Positions 28,339-38,643 of a stretch of DNA of 64,000 bases are shown here, piece after piece. The notes beneath the pieces are model-generated. The model did not search any database, had not been told where the DNA came from, and worked only from the letters and a program-made list of their open reading frames with translations. Source of the DNA: an uncultured Nitrososphaerota archaeon (GTDB taxonomy: Archaea; Korarchaeota; Korarchaeia; Korarchaeales; Korarchaeaceae); assembly GCA_964618805.1 (NCBI GenBank), contig CAZUBM010000005.1, positions 1 to 64,000 of the forward strand. Reading direction: 5' to 3'. The position numbers were made by a program, and so were the translations under genes. How positions within the stretch are numbered: the first letter of the stretch is position 1; each line of letters begins with the position of its first letter.

Positions 28339-28767
28339 TTGTGTACAGAAAATATTGTTCGGATAATCTTGGAGCCATTCCGAGAACTCTATGATTTGGC
28401 AATTAGTGAGATTTCTGATGATATTATGTACGTCGGGAAGAGTACTAGGCTAAATTCTAAGGAACTTGATCTGATTTCATGGAATTTAGTGGTTCAGGCT
28501 CTTATGGGGATTTTTACACCTCATCTTTACATGACCTATTTTAGACCAGGCATAAGGCTATTGGATAGAGATGAAATAGATTCTATTTTGGCTGTCATTT
28601 CCAAACTAATTGCTGAAAGAGGGATACATATAGAAGAAGAGAAGGTTGTGATAATGGAGAGAGCCATAGAAAGATTGCTGGTATCGCAGGGATGGCCAAG
28701 AGGTGTTGCATGGGAAAGAGCTAGTTATTTATCAAGAGAATTCTTGGAAAAGCTAAACTTCAATTGA
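28339..28767 (+). CDS. hypothetical helical protein
   Basis: 142-aa ORF, no recognised motif. Confidence 0.6.
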   Translation: MCTENIVRIILEPFRELYDLAISEISDDIMYVGKSTRLNSKELDLISWNLVVQALMGIFTPHLYMTYFRPGIRLLDRDEIDSILAVISKLIAERGIHIEEEKVVIMERAIERLLVSQGWPRGVAWERASYLSREFLEKLNFN

Positions 28768-28786
28768 CAATAGGAGAAAAGCATAA

Positions 28787-29293
28787 CTAGTTCTTTTCGA
28801 GATTAAGTACTTTCAGATCCTTTAGAAATTCTAATAAATCTAGTAGAATGCGATACGTCATTCCCCAAACTATTAAGTCCTCAAATGTGCAAGCTGGAAC
28901 TCTTCTACCGTCTGAGAGTTCAATTTTAACCCTGTTTGACATAAGTCTTTGCAGAGAAATCCACTTACAGAATTCTATCTCATATCCGGGTTTAAATTGT
29001 ACATCTTTAGACAGGAAGAAGACAAATGGTACTACTTCCATTTCCGGATCGTTTTTGGGACAGGTTGGTTCCAAAGATCCAATAACTTCTTTGCTCGAAA
29101 GAGAAATTCCAGTTTCCTCCTTTGTTTCCCTGATTGCGGTTTGTAAAAAGCTTTCGGATTTCTTTCGCAGTCCTCCGGGGAGGGCTACTTGACCAGACCA
29201 CGGATCTTGCGGTCTTTCCTTACGCTTTACTAGCAATATCTCCAGCTCATTCAATTCCCTTAGCACAACCGCAACAGCCGCTTTTTTTGACAT
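28787..29293 (-). CDS. Nudix CoA pyrophosphatase-like
   Basis: AAVAV, PWSGQVALPGG, RETKEETG, VWGMT. Confidence 0.9.
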   Translation of the reverse strand: MSKKAAVAVVLRELNELEILLVKRKERPQDPWSGQVALPGGLRKKSESFLQTAIRETKEETGISLSSKEVIGSLEPTCPKNDPEMEVVPFVFFLSKDVQFKPGYEIEFCKWISLQRLMSNRVKIELSDGRRVPACTFEDLIVWGMTYRILLDLLEFLKDLKVLNLEKN

Positions 29294-29336
29294 CCCCTCT
29301 TAACCTCTATGAAGACCTTGTACGTTTTTAATTGAG

Positions 29337-30113
29337 TTAATCATCACCCATGGTAGACCTCAAAAGTTTAATGATGAACGATTTTCCTTCCTCGGAAGAA
29401 AATAAGGGTGGTTCCCACTCTTCTTTAACCTTTCTTCTTTTTACAATGATTTTTTTGTTTAATACCGGATCAAAGCCCTCCTTTTCATATTCTTCAAGGA
29501 ATATGAGCACACCTCTTTTCTGCCAATCGGGAACCTTTGCTAGATTTATACCGATTTCTTGAAAAACTAATTCATGAAGATTTGGTGCCTTCATTCCTTT
29601 CAGTTTCTCTGAGGCTTTTTGAGGAGGTGTTCCTTTAGATATTAAGGCAAATTGGGCATAAGCATTAACGCAGTTTCTCCAAGCTTCAGCTTGCCTCCAC
29701 GATAAATACTCTGGGATCTCTTCTTTTCTAACGATCACAATCCTCCCATCGAATCCTACAATAGCTTCTATATTCATGTCTCTAAGTGCTGCACTAAAGG
29801 AAGAAGCAACTAAGGAGGAGAATATTGAAACCAATTTCTCAACTCTTCCCTTGAAGGGCAAGGGTGGTCTGATGAGAAAGGAAATTTCATCCGAAAAAGC
29901 ATAGGCGAGAACTACTGGAAGACCAAGATTAAATGGTTCTCTAGCAGCCTTTACTAGACACTTCGCCATTCTTTCATCAAAAGGTCTCATCAAATCTATT
30001 TTCTTCGCCAGACTGTGAAACTTCCAGCCATCAACTCTAACTATCAAGGGTAAGTCTTCAGGCATCTTGAATGCGGCAGCTACTTCTCTAGTTTTCCAAT
30101 CGATGATTTGCAT
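29337..30113 (-). CDS. thg1: tRNA(His) guanylyltransferase / Thg1-like 3'-5' polymerase
   Basis: RVDGWKFH, SDEISF, FDGR, YLSWRQ. Confidence 0.93.
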   Translation of the reverse strand: MQIIDWKTREVAAAFKMPEDLPLIVRVDGWKFHSLAKKIDLMRPFDERMAKCLVKAAREPFNLGLPVVLAYAFSDEISFLIRPPLPFKGRVEKLVSIFSSLVASSFSAALRDMNIEAIVGFDGRIVIVRKEEIPEYLSWRQAEAWRNCVNAYAQFALISKGTPPQKASEKLKGMKAPNLHELVFQEIGINLAKVPDWQKRGVLIFLEEYEKEGFDPVLNKKIIVKRRKVKEEWEPPLFSSEEGKSFIIKLLRSTMGDD

Positions 30114-30175
30114 TAGAATCTCCTTAAATTGTGTTCTGAGAAAACTCTTAATATTCTCCTCATAAGATTGAAGGG

Positions 30176-30874
30176 ATGGGCACCAATTTATCGAATGCTC
30201 TTCTACTTTTGATGGTTTACGTTTATGTTATAGTAATAATAAAGGTTGGAGAGGCATTAAAAGAAAGGGGTTTCCATCCGAGCGTTACCAGGAAACTTAT
30301 TCATCTGTTTGCTGGGGATTCAATAATAGCTATAGGTTGGTTTAGCTCTGTTATATGGCCCGCGCTTATTCCTGGCGGGCTTCTGGTAATATTACTCTTG
30401 CTCCTGTTTGGTAAGAGAGAGCATTCAATGATACAATCTATGTTTTTTTCCAAAAGAGGGGGTTGGCATAACTACGGCCCATTGTATTATATAACGTCAA
30501 TCCTTCTTTTACTGTTCCTTTTTTGGAATCGGAAAGATGTTATTGTAGCATCTACTTATGTCATGGCATGGGGAGACGGCATGGCTCCTTTGATTATAAG
30601 CAGGATCAGTAAAAGACACACATATCCTTGGTCAGAAAGAAGCTTGGAGGGTTCTTTGATCGTTTTCATTTTTGGATTTTTTGGATGTATCGTCGGATTA
30701 ACCTTGCTAAACCTATCTCCAGCAGTATTTCTAAGCGCTCCAACTATTATAATCGAAGCTATGCTGGCTTCGATGGCTGGTACGATCACTGAAGCTTTAA
30801 CGGCGGGTCCTTTGGAACCTTTTGATAACTTTACTGTCCCCTTAGTAGCTGCTACAGTAATATACACTATATAA
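30176..30874 (+). CDS. CTP-dependent polyprenol/phytol/dolichol kinase family protein
   Basis: RKLIH, WGDGMA, RSLEGS, DNFTVP. Confidence 0.88.
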   Translation: MGTNLSNALLLLMVYVYVIVIIKVGEALKERGFHPSVTRKLIHLFAGDSIIAIGWFSSVIWPALIPGGLLVILLLLLFGKREHSMIQSMFFSKRGGWHNYGPLYYITSILLLLFLFWNRKDVIVASTYVMAWGDGMAPLIISRISKRHTYPWSERSLEGSLIVFIFGFFGCIVGLTLLNLSPAVFLSAPTIIIEAMLASMAGTITEALTAGPLEPFDNFTVPLVAATVIYTI

Positions 30875-30918
30875 AAAACGAAGAGAGAATTGATAACCTA
30901 ATCCAATTCAAGCATTAT

Positions 30919-31257
30919 TCATGATCTGATCCCAAGGCGAGCTAGTTCTTCAGCAAATTCCAGGACAGATTTATCAACATCTCTCTTTCTAGTTTCGTGT
31001 GCTATGATTCCTTTTGCTTCCATATCTTTTATGCTCTCTGGAGCAAATTCCATGCTAATGATAACGTCACAATCTCCCAATATCCTAAGGACCTGCATCG
31101 GATCCTTGCTTTTTCCTCTTAGAGGGTTTGGACGCAGTTCCACTCTAATAGGAGTTCTTCCTGTAAGATCATAAATTGCGAAGTATTTTGATTCACTGAA
31201 ATCCCCTTCCTTTACCGTCTTCCCATCGTCTGTCGCTACGCCTATCCTCAGGGTCAA
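30919..31257 (-). CDS. NifB/NifX-like (dinitrogenase FeMo-cofactor) domain protein
   Basis: IGVATDDG, F..SKYFAIYD, RPNP, DCDVII. Confidence 0.8.
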   Translation of the reverse strand: MTLRIGVATDDGKTVKEGDFSESKYFAIYDLTGRTPIRVELRPNPLRGKSKDPMQVLRILGDCDVIISMEFAPESIKDMEAKGIIAHETRKRDVDKSVLEFAEELARLGIRS

Positions 31258-31327
31258 TATTTGTCACCCTCACAGAGATCATGTCATCTGAATTCTAATC
31301 AATACATAAATTAAAACATCATCCGAA

Positions 31328-32371
31328 CTATGACAAACCTACAATATGCTTGAGCAGATCGTCTAAGAACTCAGATCTTATGCATATGTCTGCGTAGTCC
31401 TCCCTACCAACGATGCTGGAGTCCTCTCGAGGGAGTATTTTCCTAATTCTTTCATAGATGTTCATTTTGATTGTTGGTTTTTTCCTGATACACACCCTTG
31501 CAAGTACGTCGTTCAGATAGTATGCGACGGAGAGCTTCTGTCTGTGTTTCATCATTCCGAGTCCGGCTATAAAGAATCTCAGTCCAGGATTGCTTACTTG
31601 ATAAGCAATTATGTTTTTCTCTTTTATCTTTGGTCGCTTTGATAGTTCTTCTGTTATTTTCTCCCAACAACGATCAGCCTCGTTCCAAAAGAGAGCATGA
31701 AGTGGGTCTTCTTTATCAAGAATGGAGAATTCCCCAATAGAACTTTCTAGAGTTGAAAGAGCGATCTTAGCTCCCTTAGCTCCTAAAACCGAAGAGAGAG
31801 AATAGATGGCCCGATAAATTCTTGAAATATTTTCTTCATATTGGATTCCTTCTTGCCTCAATTTAGCCTCTTCATCAAGAGGTTCGATCATTTCTCCAAA
31901 TATACCGATTTGAATAAGCCATGAAAGGTTCTGTGAGGACGGATCTATTTTTTCAGCTGCTAGATAAGCGGAGTAGCTGGTTGGAAGATTTAATGAGAAA
32001 GTTCGTGGGTTAAGACGTATTGTTCCTTTGAGATCATAGCTCAATTCAACACTTTCGTGATCAAGTATCAAAAATCCTCCTGGGAAAAATTCATAAGCTA
32101 CAGAGATCGGACCCGGACCTAAGGGTACTAGATCGACTAGAATTAAAGTTTTTGCTGTATCAAGGCCTTCCATGGTAAAAAGTAAATCTTCTGGGAAAGA
32201 AGGAACTGCTTCTACGGGCGCATCTAAACTTTCCAGGGCTTTTTTTAGGAAGATGGTAGCAATAATTCCATCCGGAGTCATATGATAAACTAGAGCTATG
32301 CTGCCTCCCTGACTTGCGATCTTATGCAAAATATCTGTTAAAAAATCAATCCACCGTTCCAAAGGCTCCAT
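31328..32371 (-). CDS. DHH-family (RecJ-like) protein with degenerate metal ligands
   Basis: YHMTPDG (for HxDADG), LVDL, LDHE (for DHH), LNP. Confidence 0.7.
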   Translation of the reverse strand: MEPLERWIDFLTDILHKIASQGGSIALVYHMTPDGIIATIFLKKALESLDAPVEAVPSFPEDLLFTMEGLDTAKTLILVDLVPLGPGPISVAYEFFPGGFLILDHESVELSYDLKGTIRLNPRTFSLNLPTSYSAYLAAEKIDPSSQNLSWLIQIGIFGEMIEPLDEEAKLRQEGIQYEENISRIYRAIYSLSSVLGAKGAKIALSTLESSIGEFSILDKEDPLHALFWNEADRCWEKITEELSKRPKIKEKNIIAYQVSNPGLRFFIAGLGMMKHRQKLSVAYYLNDVLARVCIRKKPTIKMNIYERIRKILPREDSSIVGREDYADICIRSEFLDDLLKHIVGLS

Positions 32372-32532
32372 TTTGGATTCCTTTTAAGATAAGTAGCACA
32401 ATTCTTCGTATTTATGCTCTCTCCTGAATGTTCGTTTTCATCTATTTTAAAATGCTTGTATTATCGGGGGATATGAAATGGTTAAAGAATTACATAGGAG
32501 ATACTTTAAATTGAAATTAGGGATCTAAAAAA

Positions 32533-34113
32533 GTGTTTTTACTAGTTTGCAAAAGGGTGATCAAACTGATTCAGCTAAAGGTGGTGCTGCTAAAGACCGA
32601 AATTGGAGAATCAAGGGTTGTCATGAGTCCAAGCGATGCCCAGAAGTTAGGAGCTGCGTTTGAGAGCAGAGTAAAGATTTCATCTCTCGATGGTAGGGGT
32701 TCTATTGCCCTTCTTAGCCTATCTGAATCAGAGGAATTCATAAGGAGAGGAGAGATTGGTATATTTCAAGATGTTGCCAAACTTTTAGGTGTAAAAGATG
32801 GATCCATTGTGCAGGTTGAATTAGCAAAACCCACGAAATCTTCTACTATAATAAAGAAAAAGACGTCAGGTGAAAAGCTCTCTAAAGAAGAGATCTGCTC
32901 TCTTGTCAGAGACGTATATGAGGGAGCTATAAGCAAGGTTGAGCTTGCAGCTTTTGTCACTGCTCTCCAATTTCATGGAGCAGACATGGATGAGGTCGAG
33001 TTTCTCACTAGAGCAATGGCTGAAGTAGGTACGATGCTTGATTTTGGCGATGCATTGGTTGTAGATAAACACGGGATAGGAGGTGTTCCAGGAGCCAGTA
33101 AAGATGCCCTCTTAATCGTTCCTATTGTGGCTGCAGCTGGACTTATGATACCTAAAACCAGTACTAGGGCAATTCTTAGCCCATCCGGAACGGTTGACAC
33201 AATGGAGGTTTTGGCCCCTATAGACCTGAGTTCAGATGAGATTGTAGAAATTACGAGGAGGATCGGAGGCGTTATTACATGGACTAGAAGTGCAAATCTA
33301 TCGCCAGTAGATGCAATACTGATTGAGAGAGTGGAGCATCCTTTGTCGATCGATCCTGAGCCCTTGATATATGCTTCGATCATGTCGAAAAAATATGCAG
33401 CGGGCATCAAAAGGATGGTCTTGGACATCCCAACAGGACCAGAATCCAAGGTAGAAACCATGAAAGATGCTAGGAGGATGGCAAGAAACATGATTACCTT
33501 AGGAGACAGGCTGGGAGTAAGGGTAGAGGCAGCTATCTCCTATGGAGGGCAGCCAATAGGAGAGTTCATTGGACCTGCGCTTGAAGCAAGAGAAGCCCTT
33601 TCTACACTTATCACAGGAGGAAAGGGCGCGGGAAGTCTTGTTGAGAAGGCAGTTGCACTTGCAGGAATTCTGTTAGAATTGGGCGGAGTCGCTCCTATCG
33701 GGGAAGGCTCTAATTTGGCAAGGGAAATCCTGACAAGCAAAAGGGCATACAAAAAGATGAGGGAAATCATTGAGGCCCAAGGGGGAAATCCTGATATAAA
33801 GCCAGATGACATAGAAGTAGGATCCTACACTGAAGTAGTAAGAGCGCCCATGAAAGGCTACGTAACCGCTGTTTCTAATAAAGCCATAACTAGAATTGCA
33901 AGAGCTGCTGGAGCACCCAAGGACAAAGGAGCTGGAGTTAGAGTTTTCGGCAAACGAGGAGATAAAGTCGAACCTGGAGACCCGCTTCTTGAGATTTACT
34001 CTTCCAGTGAAAGTCGATTACAGGCGGCTTTAGAGCTTACAAGAGGACTTGAGCCAGTTAAAGTAGAAGGAATGATCCTGGAGATACATAGAGAGCATGT
34101 AATACGATTCTAG
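32533..34113 (+). CDS. AMP phosphorylase
   Basis: N-terminal extension, DKHGIGGVPG, IPKTSTRAI, ASIMSKK, GPALEA. Start probably a few codons later. Confidence 0.93.
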   Translation: MFLLVCKRVIKLIQLKVVLLKTEIGESRVVMSPSDAQKLGAAFESRVKISSLDGRGSIALLSLSESEEFIRRGEIGIFQDVAKLLGVKDGSIVQVELAKPTKSSTIIKKKTSGEKLSKEEICSLVRDVYEGAISKVELAAFVTALQFHGADMDEVEFLTRAMAEVGTMLDFGDALVVDKHGIGGVPGASKDALLIVPIVAAAGLMIPKTSTRAILSPSGTVDTMEVLAPIDLSSDEIVEITRRIGGVITWTRSANLSPVDAILIERVEHPLSIDPEPLIYASIMSKKYAAGIKRMVLDIPTGPESKVETMKDARRMARNMITLGDRLGVRVEAAISYGGQPIGEFIGPALEAREALSTLITGGKGAGSLVEKAVALAGILLELGGVAPIGEGSNLAREILTSKRAYKKMREIIEAQGGNPDIKPDDIEVGSYTEVVRAPMKGYVTAVSNKAITRIARAAGAPKDKGAGVRVFGKRGDKVEPGDPLLEIYSSSESRLQAALELTRGLEPVKVEGMILEIHREHVIRF

Positions 34114-34121
34114 ATTTTATT

Positions 34122-35402
34122 TTAAGGCATTACTCTTTCTGGATCTCTAGGGAACAAAGAAGCCTCTCTAATATTCTCTAGGTTTAAAATCTGCATTGTA
34201 AGCCTCTCAATTCCTATAGCAAATCCTCCATGAGGAGGAGCCCCATATTTAAAGAACTTAGTGTACCATTCAAGTTGTTTTTCATCAACTCCTTTTTCTC
34301 TAACCTGTTTTAAAAGAACATCATACCTGTGCTCTCTTTGCCCTCCAGAGCTTAGTTCTAAGCCCTTACATATCAAGTCGACGCTTCTAGCCCAAGGTTC
34401 TTCTGCTCTCATAACATAAAATGGCTTTTCTGCCATTGGAAACCTGTTCACGAAAAAGAAGTCGGCATCATACTCTTCTTTAACATATTTCCACAATAGT
34501 CTCTCCGATTCTGTATCATAAGAGGATCCAAAGGGTATTTTCTTCCCAAATCCTTCTAGAATTTCATATATCTCAGGGAATCTTAGCTCAGGAAAAGGTC
34601 TTGTGGGCTCCTCTAGCTCAACATTTAAGATTCTCAACTCTTTCTGTCTTTCCTCAATAACTCTAGATATACCAGCTGCTACAACCTCCTCCTCAACTTT
34701 CATAACATCTCGCTCGTCATTTATGAATGCCATCTCTACAGCCAACGATCTGAACTCAGTTATGTGCCTTGTAGTATGACTGGGTTCGGCTCTCCAATTT
34801 GTACCAAGATCATAGATCTTTTCAAGACCTCCAATAATAGCGAGCTGTCTATGTAGCTGAGGGTCTTGCCTTAAAAATGCTGTATTGTCGAAATACTTTA
34901 CTTCGAAGACTTCTGCACCGCTTTCGCTATATGAACCTATGAGGGCAGGGGTAAATACCCTTAAGAAACCGTGTTCATCAAGCCAGTCAGTAAAGCCCCT
35001 TATTAGACTGGCTTCGATCCTGAATATTGCTTGAACCTCTGGACGTCTAAGATCCAGTGGCCTATTATCCAACCTAGTAGGAAGCAGCGCTTTTACCTTC
35101 CAGTTAGGATCTAAAGGTAGTTTCTTCTCTGATTTTGAATGAATAATTATCTTTTCTGGTATTATTTCGATGTCTGCAGCTTTAGCTATTTTTTCCTTAA
35201 CCTCCTCTCCAAAGACCTCTATAACACTTTCTTGAGGAAGATTTTCTGTTAGATCAAAAAGCTCGTCCTTCACCTTTCCTCTTTTTAATGTTAGTTGAAT
35301 CTTACCCTTCCAGCTCCTTAACACAATGAATCGGAGATCTTTTCCCAGCTCTCTTACTTCGCTTACCCAGCCTCCTACCCTTATAGTACCTTTCGAACCC
35401 AT
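34122..35402 (-). CDS. aspS: aspartyl-tRNA synthetase (archaeal type)
   Basis: OB-fold GWV, LDLR, QDPQL, WRAE..T.RH, GAPPHGG..GIER, FPRD. GGAGG before ATG 35402 (ORF track 35432). Confidence 0.95.
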   Translation of the reverse strand: MGSKGTIRVGGWVSEVRELGKDLRFIVLRSWKGKIQLTLKRGKVKDELFDLTENLPQESVIEVFGEEVKEKIAKAADIEIIPEKIIIHSKSEKKLPLDPNWKVKALLPTRLDNRPLDLRRPEVQAIFRIEASLIRGFTDWLDEHGFLRVFTPALIGSYSESGAEVFEVKYFDNTAFLRQDPQLHRQLAIIGGLEKIYDLGTNWRAEPSHTTRHITEFRSLAVEMAFINDERDVMKVEEEVVAAGISRVIEERQKELRILNVELEEPTRPFPELRFPEIYEILEGFGKKIPFGSSYDTESERLLWKYVKEEYDADFFFVNRFPMAEKPFYVMRAEEPWARSVDLICKGLELSSGGQREHRYDVLLKQVREKGVDEKQLEWYTKFFKYGAPPHGGFAIGIERLTMQILNLENIREASLFPRDPERVMP

Positions 35403-38350
35403 ATTAAGATCCTCCTTCCATCTAGGCTCCATTCTTTGAAGAAACAGCCTTCAGGAACCTCATCTCTATTTTCTATAAGTTTTATCTGTTTTGCGTCTAC
35501 ATCGCTGATTATAGAACCTATATGGGATTTAATCAAATTTCTCGTTTCACTGTCTGTTAGAATCCAGCAATCTATTTTCTCTATCCCTCTCCTCAATCCC
35601 AATTCCTTTCTCATTTCCTGAATTCTACGCCTTATGTCCGCAACCAGACCAGCAGCCATTTCTTCGGGGGTTATCTCTATATCCAAGTAAAGAGTTCCTC
35701 TATCAAATTCGACTATTGAGAATTTGCCCTCCGGTTTCTGATCATGAGGTATCGCCTTTACCTCTGAAACATTTCCTTCCACCTTGAATAAGAGAGAGAA
35801 CTTAGCAAGCGCTCGCTCTAATTTTGGATCGTCCGTCATCACAAGAGCCTTTCTCAGTGGTTGTCTCTTTTTTATTTTTGCAGAGGCTCTGGCAATATTT
35901 ATGGCTTCAAGCAACGCCTTTGCTGCTTGCATTTCTTCTTCGATAGCGTCATCTATCAGATCATGTCTTGGTTGAGGCCAATCAATCATATGAATGCTTT
36001 TTGGATCTGAATTCTGCCTAAAAGAATCTTGATAGATTTTTTCGGTTAAAAATGGAAGGAAAGGTGCCAACACCACTAATGTTCTTTTTAGGACCATGTA
36101 TAGAAGAGAACTAACTATTTCTCTTTTTTCTCCTGTAGACTTCAGTTTTTCTCTAGCTAGTCGTATGTACAACCTACTTAGATCGTTTATAACAAAATCT
36201 AGCAGCTGGTTAAAGGCCTCGTGGACATACAGCTCATCCATTTTGTTCTTTACTTCCATTATCGTCCTCTCAGCTCTTGATAAAAGCCATCTATCCTCTG
36301 GATCTAGCATATTTAGATTCCTTAAGACTAACGATTCATCTAGGTCATATTGAGAGCAATATAACCCTAGAAATGCGTATACATTCCAAATTATGTTTAA
36401 TTTCCTAAATGAATTTTCTAACTCCCTCCAAGAGAATCTTATGTCCGACCAAGGCGTCTTTGAGACAACAAATGCTCTAAATGCGTCTCTTCCAAATCTT
36501 GAGATTATTTGCATTACTGGCACAAAGTTTCCCAGAGATTTGTGCATCTCCCGACCTTGTTCGTCAAGCATCATCCCATGAACCATAACAGTTTCATAAG
36601 GAACAGAATCAAAGAGAAGCACGCCTAACCTTAGAAGAGAATAGAACCACCCATTTGGAACTTGATCCAGCCCTTCTACTACAAAGTTCACTGGCATCCA
36701 TTTATTTAACATTTCCTTTTGTTTTGGAAAGTTTAAACTCGCGTAGAAGGCGGCTCCTGAATCGTACCAGACATCTAATATGTCTGGTACTCTTATCATT
36801 TCTCCACCGCATTCACATTTCCAAGTTAAAGTGTCTACTATGTGCTTGTGAAGATCTTCTACTCTTCTACCTGTTTTTTCTTCTAGCTCTTTCCTAGATC
36901 CTATAACTTCAATTTTGCCGCAGGAATTGCAGCGCCAGATTGGTATTGGAGTTCCCCAGAAACGCTGTCTTGATATGATCCAATCCCTAGCTTCCATAAG
37001 CCAGTTCTTAAATCTCCTCTCTCCTGCCCATGCTGGAAGCCATTTTGCTTTCATACATTCATCTATTAGCTTTGATCTTATGTCCTCTAGCTTAATGAAC
37101 CACTGATCGGTAGCTCTCATGATCAGAGGGGTTTTGCATCTCCAGCATATGGGATATTTGTGCACAATTTTTCCAGACCAGAGAAGACTTCCCTTCTCTC
37201 TTAGATCAGAAATTATGATTTCATTGGCTTTTCTAACCTCTAGCCCCTTATACTTGCCAGCTTCATCTGTGAAAATCCCTTGATCATTCACTGGAGACAG
37301 AATAGGCATTCCGTAACCAAGATAGCAGACCTCAAAGTCTTCTTCACCATGACCAGGAGCAGCGTGAACGCACCCAGTTCCCTCTTCAAGTGTGACATAT
37401 TTCGTTGAGAGAACTACCTTGTGCTCTATCTCTTTTTGAACAGGAATCAGTTCGGCCAAGGGATGTTCGTATCTTAATCCTTCAAGTTTAGATCCAGGAA
37501 ATGTCTCAACTACCTCATAATCCTCTATTCCTGTCTCTTCTAAAACTTTATTGACTAAATCTGCAGCTAGTATCAGAAACTCCTTTCCTACTCTAACTTT
37601 AGCGTATTGAAATTGCGGATTGACCATAATGGCAACGTTTCCCGGTAAAGTCCAAGGAGTAGTGGTCCAAATCAAAATGCTTTGATTTTCTTCGCCCAAA
37701 ACTTTGAACTTAACGTATATCGAAGGATCCGCTAACTCCTTGTATTCGTTGAGTTCATAGTCTGCTAAAACAGTTTCACATCTTGGGCACCAATGAACCA
37801 CTTTCAGGCCTAACCCGATTCTTCCCTTATTCCAAATTTCTTTTATCGACCACCATATACTTTCCATGTAATCATTTTCAAACGTTAAGTAAGGATTATC
37901 CCAATCCATCGAGACTCCTAACTGTTTGAACGTTTCGGCCATGGCTTTTAGGTTATGTATTGCTAATTCCTTGCATTTTGCAATAAAATGTGATATGCCA
38001 TACTCTTTGATCTCATTTTTCCTACCTATGCCTAGGGTCTTCTCTGTTAGGACTTCAATTGGCAAACCGTGGGTATCCCATCCAGGTCTGTCATTTACAT
38101 TCATCCCAAGAGATCTAAAATATCTAATTATTACATCCTTGAGAATTTTGTTCCAAGCAGTCCCAGGATGTGGCTCCTCGCTCGATGGGTAAGGAGGACC
38201 ATCTAAAAAGTAGAATTTTTGCCCATTCTTTCTCATTTCCCTTATTTCCTCATAAATCTTCTCTTTGACCCAAAACTTCAATATTTCCTCTTCAAACGTG
38301 GTCGGATCATATTGCCTGTTAGAGAGAAGCCGCACCCGCACTCTAGCCAT
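35381..38350 (-). CDS. ileS: isoleucyl-tRNA synthetase
   Basis: DGPPY, HPGT, WTTTPWT, GTGCVH, SRQRFWG, MHKSLGN. Confidence 0.97.
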   Translation of the reverse strand: MARVRVRLLSNRQYDPTTFEEEILKFWVKEKIYEEIREMRKNGQKFYFLDGPPYPSSEEPHPGTAWNKILKDVIIRYFRSLGMNVNDRPGWDTHGLPIEVLTEKTLGIGRKNEIKEYGISHFIAKCKELAIHNLKAMAETFKQLGVSMDWDNPYLTFENDYMESIWWSIKEIWNKGRIGLGLKVVHWCPRCETVLADYELNEYKELADPSIYVKFKVLGEENQSILIWTTTPWTLPGNVAIMVNPQFQYAKVRVGKEFLILAADLVNKVLEETGIEDYEVVETFPGSKLEGLRYEHPLAELIPVQKEIEHKVVLSTKYVTLEEGTGCVHAAPGHGEEDFEVCYLGYGMPILSPVNDQGIFTDEAGKYKGLEVRKANEIIISDLREKGSLLWSGKIVHKYPICWRCKTPLIMRATDQWFIKLEDIRSKLIDECMKAKWLPAWAGERRFKNWLMEARDWIISRQRFWGTPIPIWRCNSCGKIEVIGSRKELEEKTGRRVEDLHKHIVDTLTWKCECGGEMIRVPDILDVWYDSGAAFYASLNFPKQKEMLNKWMPVNFVVEGLDQVPNGWFYSLLRLGVLLFDSVPYETVMVHGMMLDEQGREMHKSLGNFVPVMQIISRFGRDAFRAFVVSKTPWSDIRFSWRELENSFRKLNIIWNVYAFLGLYCSQYDLDESLVLRNLNMLDPEDRWLLSRAERTIMEVKNKMDELYVHEAFNQLLDFVINDLSRLYIRLAREKLKSTGEKREIVSSLLYMVLKRTLVVLAPFLPFLTEKIYQDSFRQNSDPKSIHMIDWPQPRHDLIDDAIEEEMQAAKALLEAINIARASAKIKKRQPLRKALVMTDDPKLERALAKFSLLFKVEGNVSEVKAIPHDQKPEGKFSIVEFDRGTLYLDIEITPEEMAAGLVADIRRRIQEMRKELGLRRGIEKIDCWILTDSETRNLIKSHIGSIISDVDAKQIKLIENRDEVPEGCFFKEWSLDGRRILIWVRKVL

Positions 38351-38430
38351 TTATTTCACCAACTCAGCAAAGCACAATTTGAGATCATATTTAAGATCCA
38401 CGGTTAAAGCATTTTGCCCCGAATTAAACT

Positions 38431-38438
38431 TTTAAATA
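38431..38438 (+). promoter_or_regulatory. TATA box of 5S rRNA
   Basis: TTTAAATA 23-30 nt upstream of the 5S start. Confidence 0.6.
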
Positions 38439-38460
38439 GACTAGCCCTTACACGTTTGTT

Positions 38461-38590
38461 GGGGGTTGGGCGGCCATAGCGGCCTGGGACACACCCGGAC
38501 CCATTCCGAACCCGGAAGTTAAGCCAGGCCGCGTTCCGTGGAGTACTGAGCTCCGCAAGGGCTCGGGAAACACGGAAGCTGCTAACCCCC
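38461..38590 (+). rRNA. rrf: 5S rRNA (stand-alone)
   Basis: GCGGCCATAGC, CCCATTCCGAACCCGGAAGTTAAG, GTACTG...GGGAAA; terminal helix GGGGGTT/AACCCCC. Confidence 0.97.
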
Positions 38591-38643
38591 TCTCTTATTG
38601 GAAATTCTTTTAACATTTGGAAGTACAAAATCGTTGATGAGAC

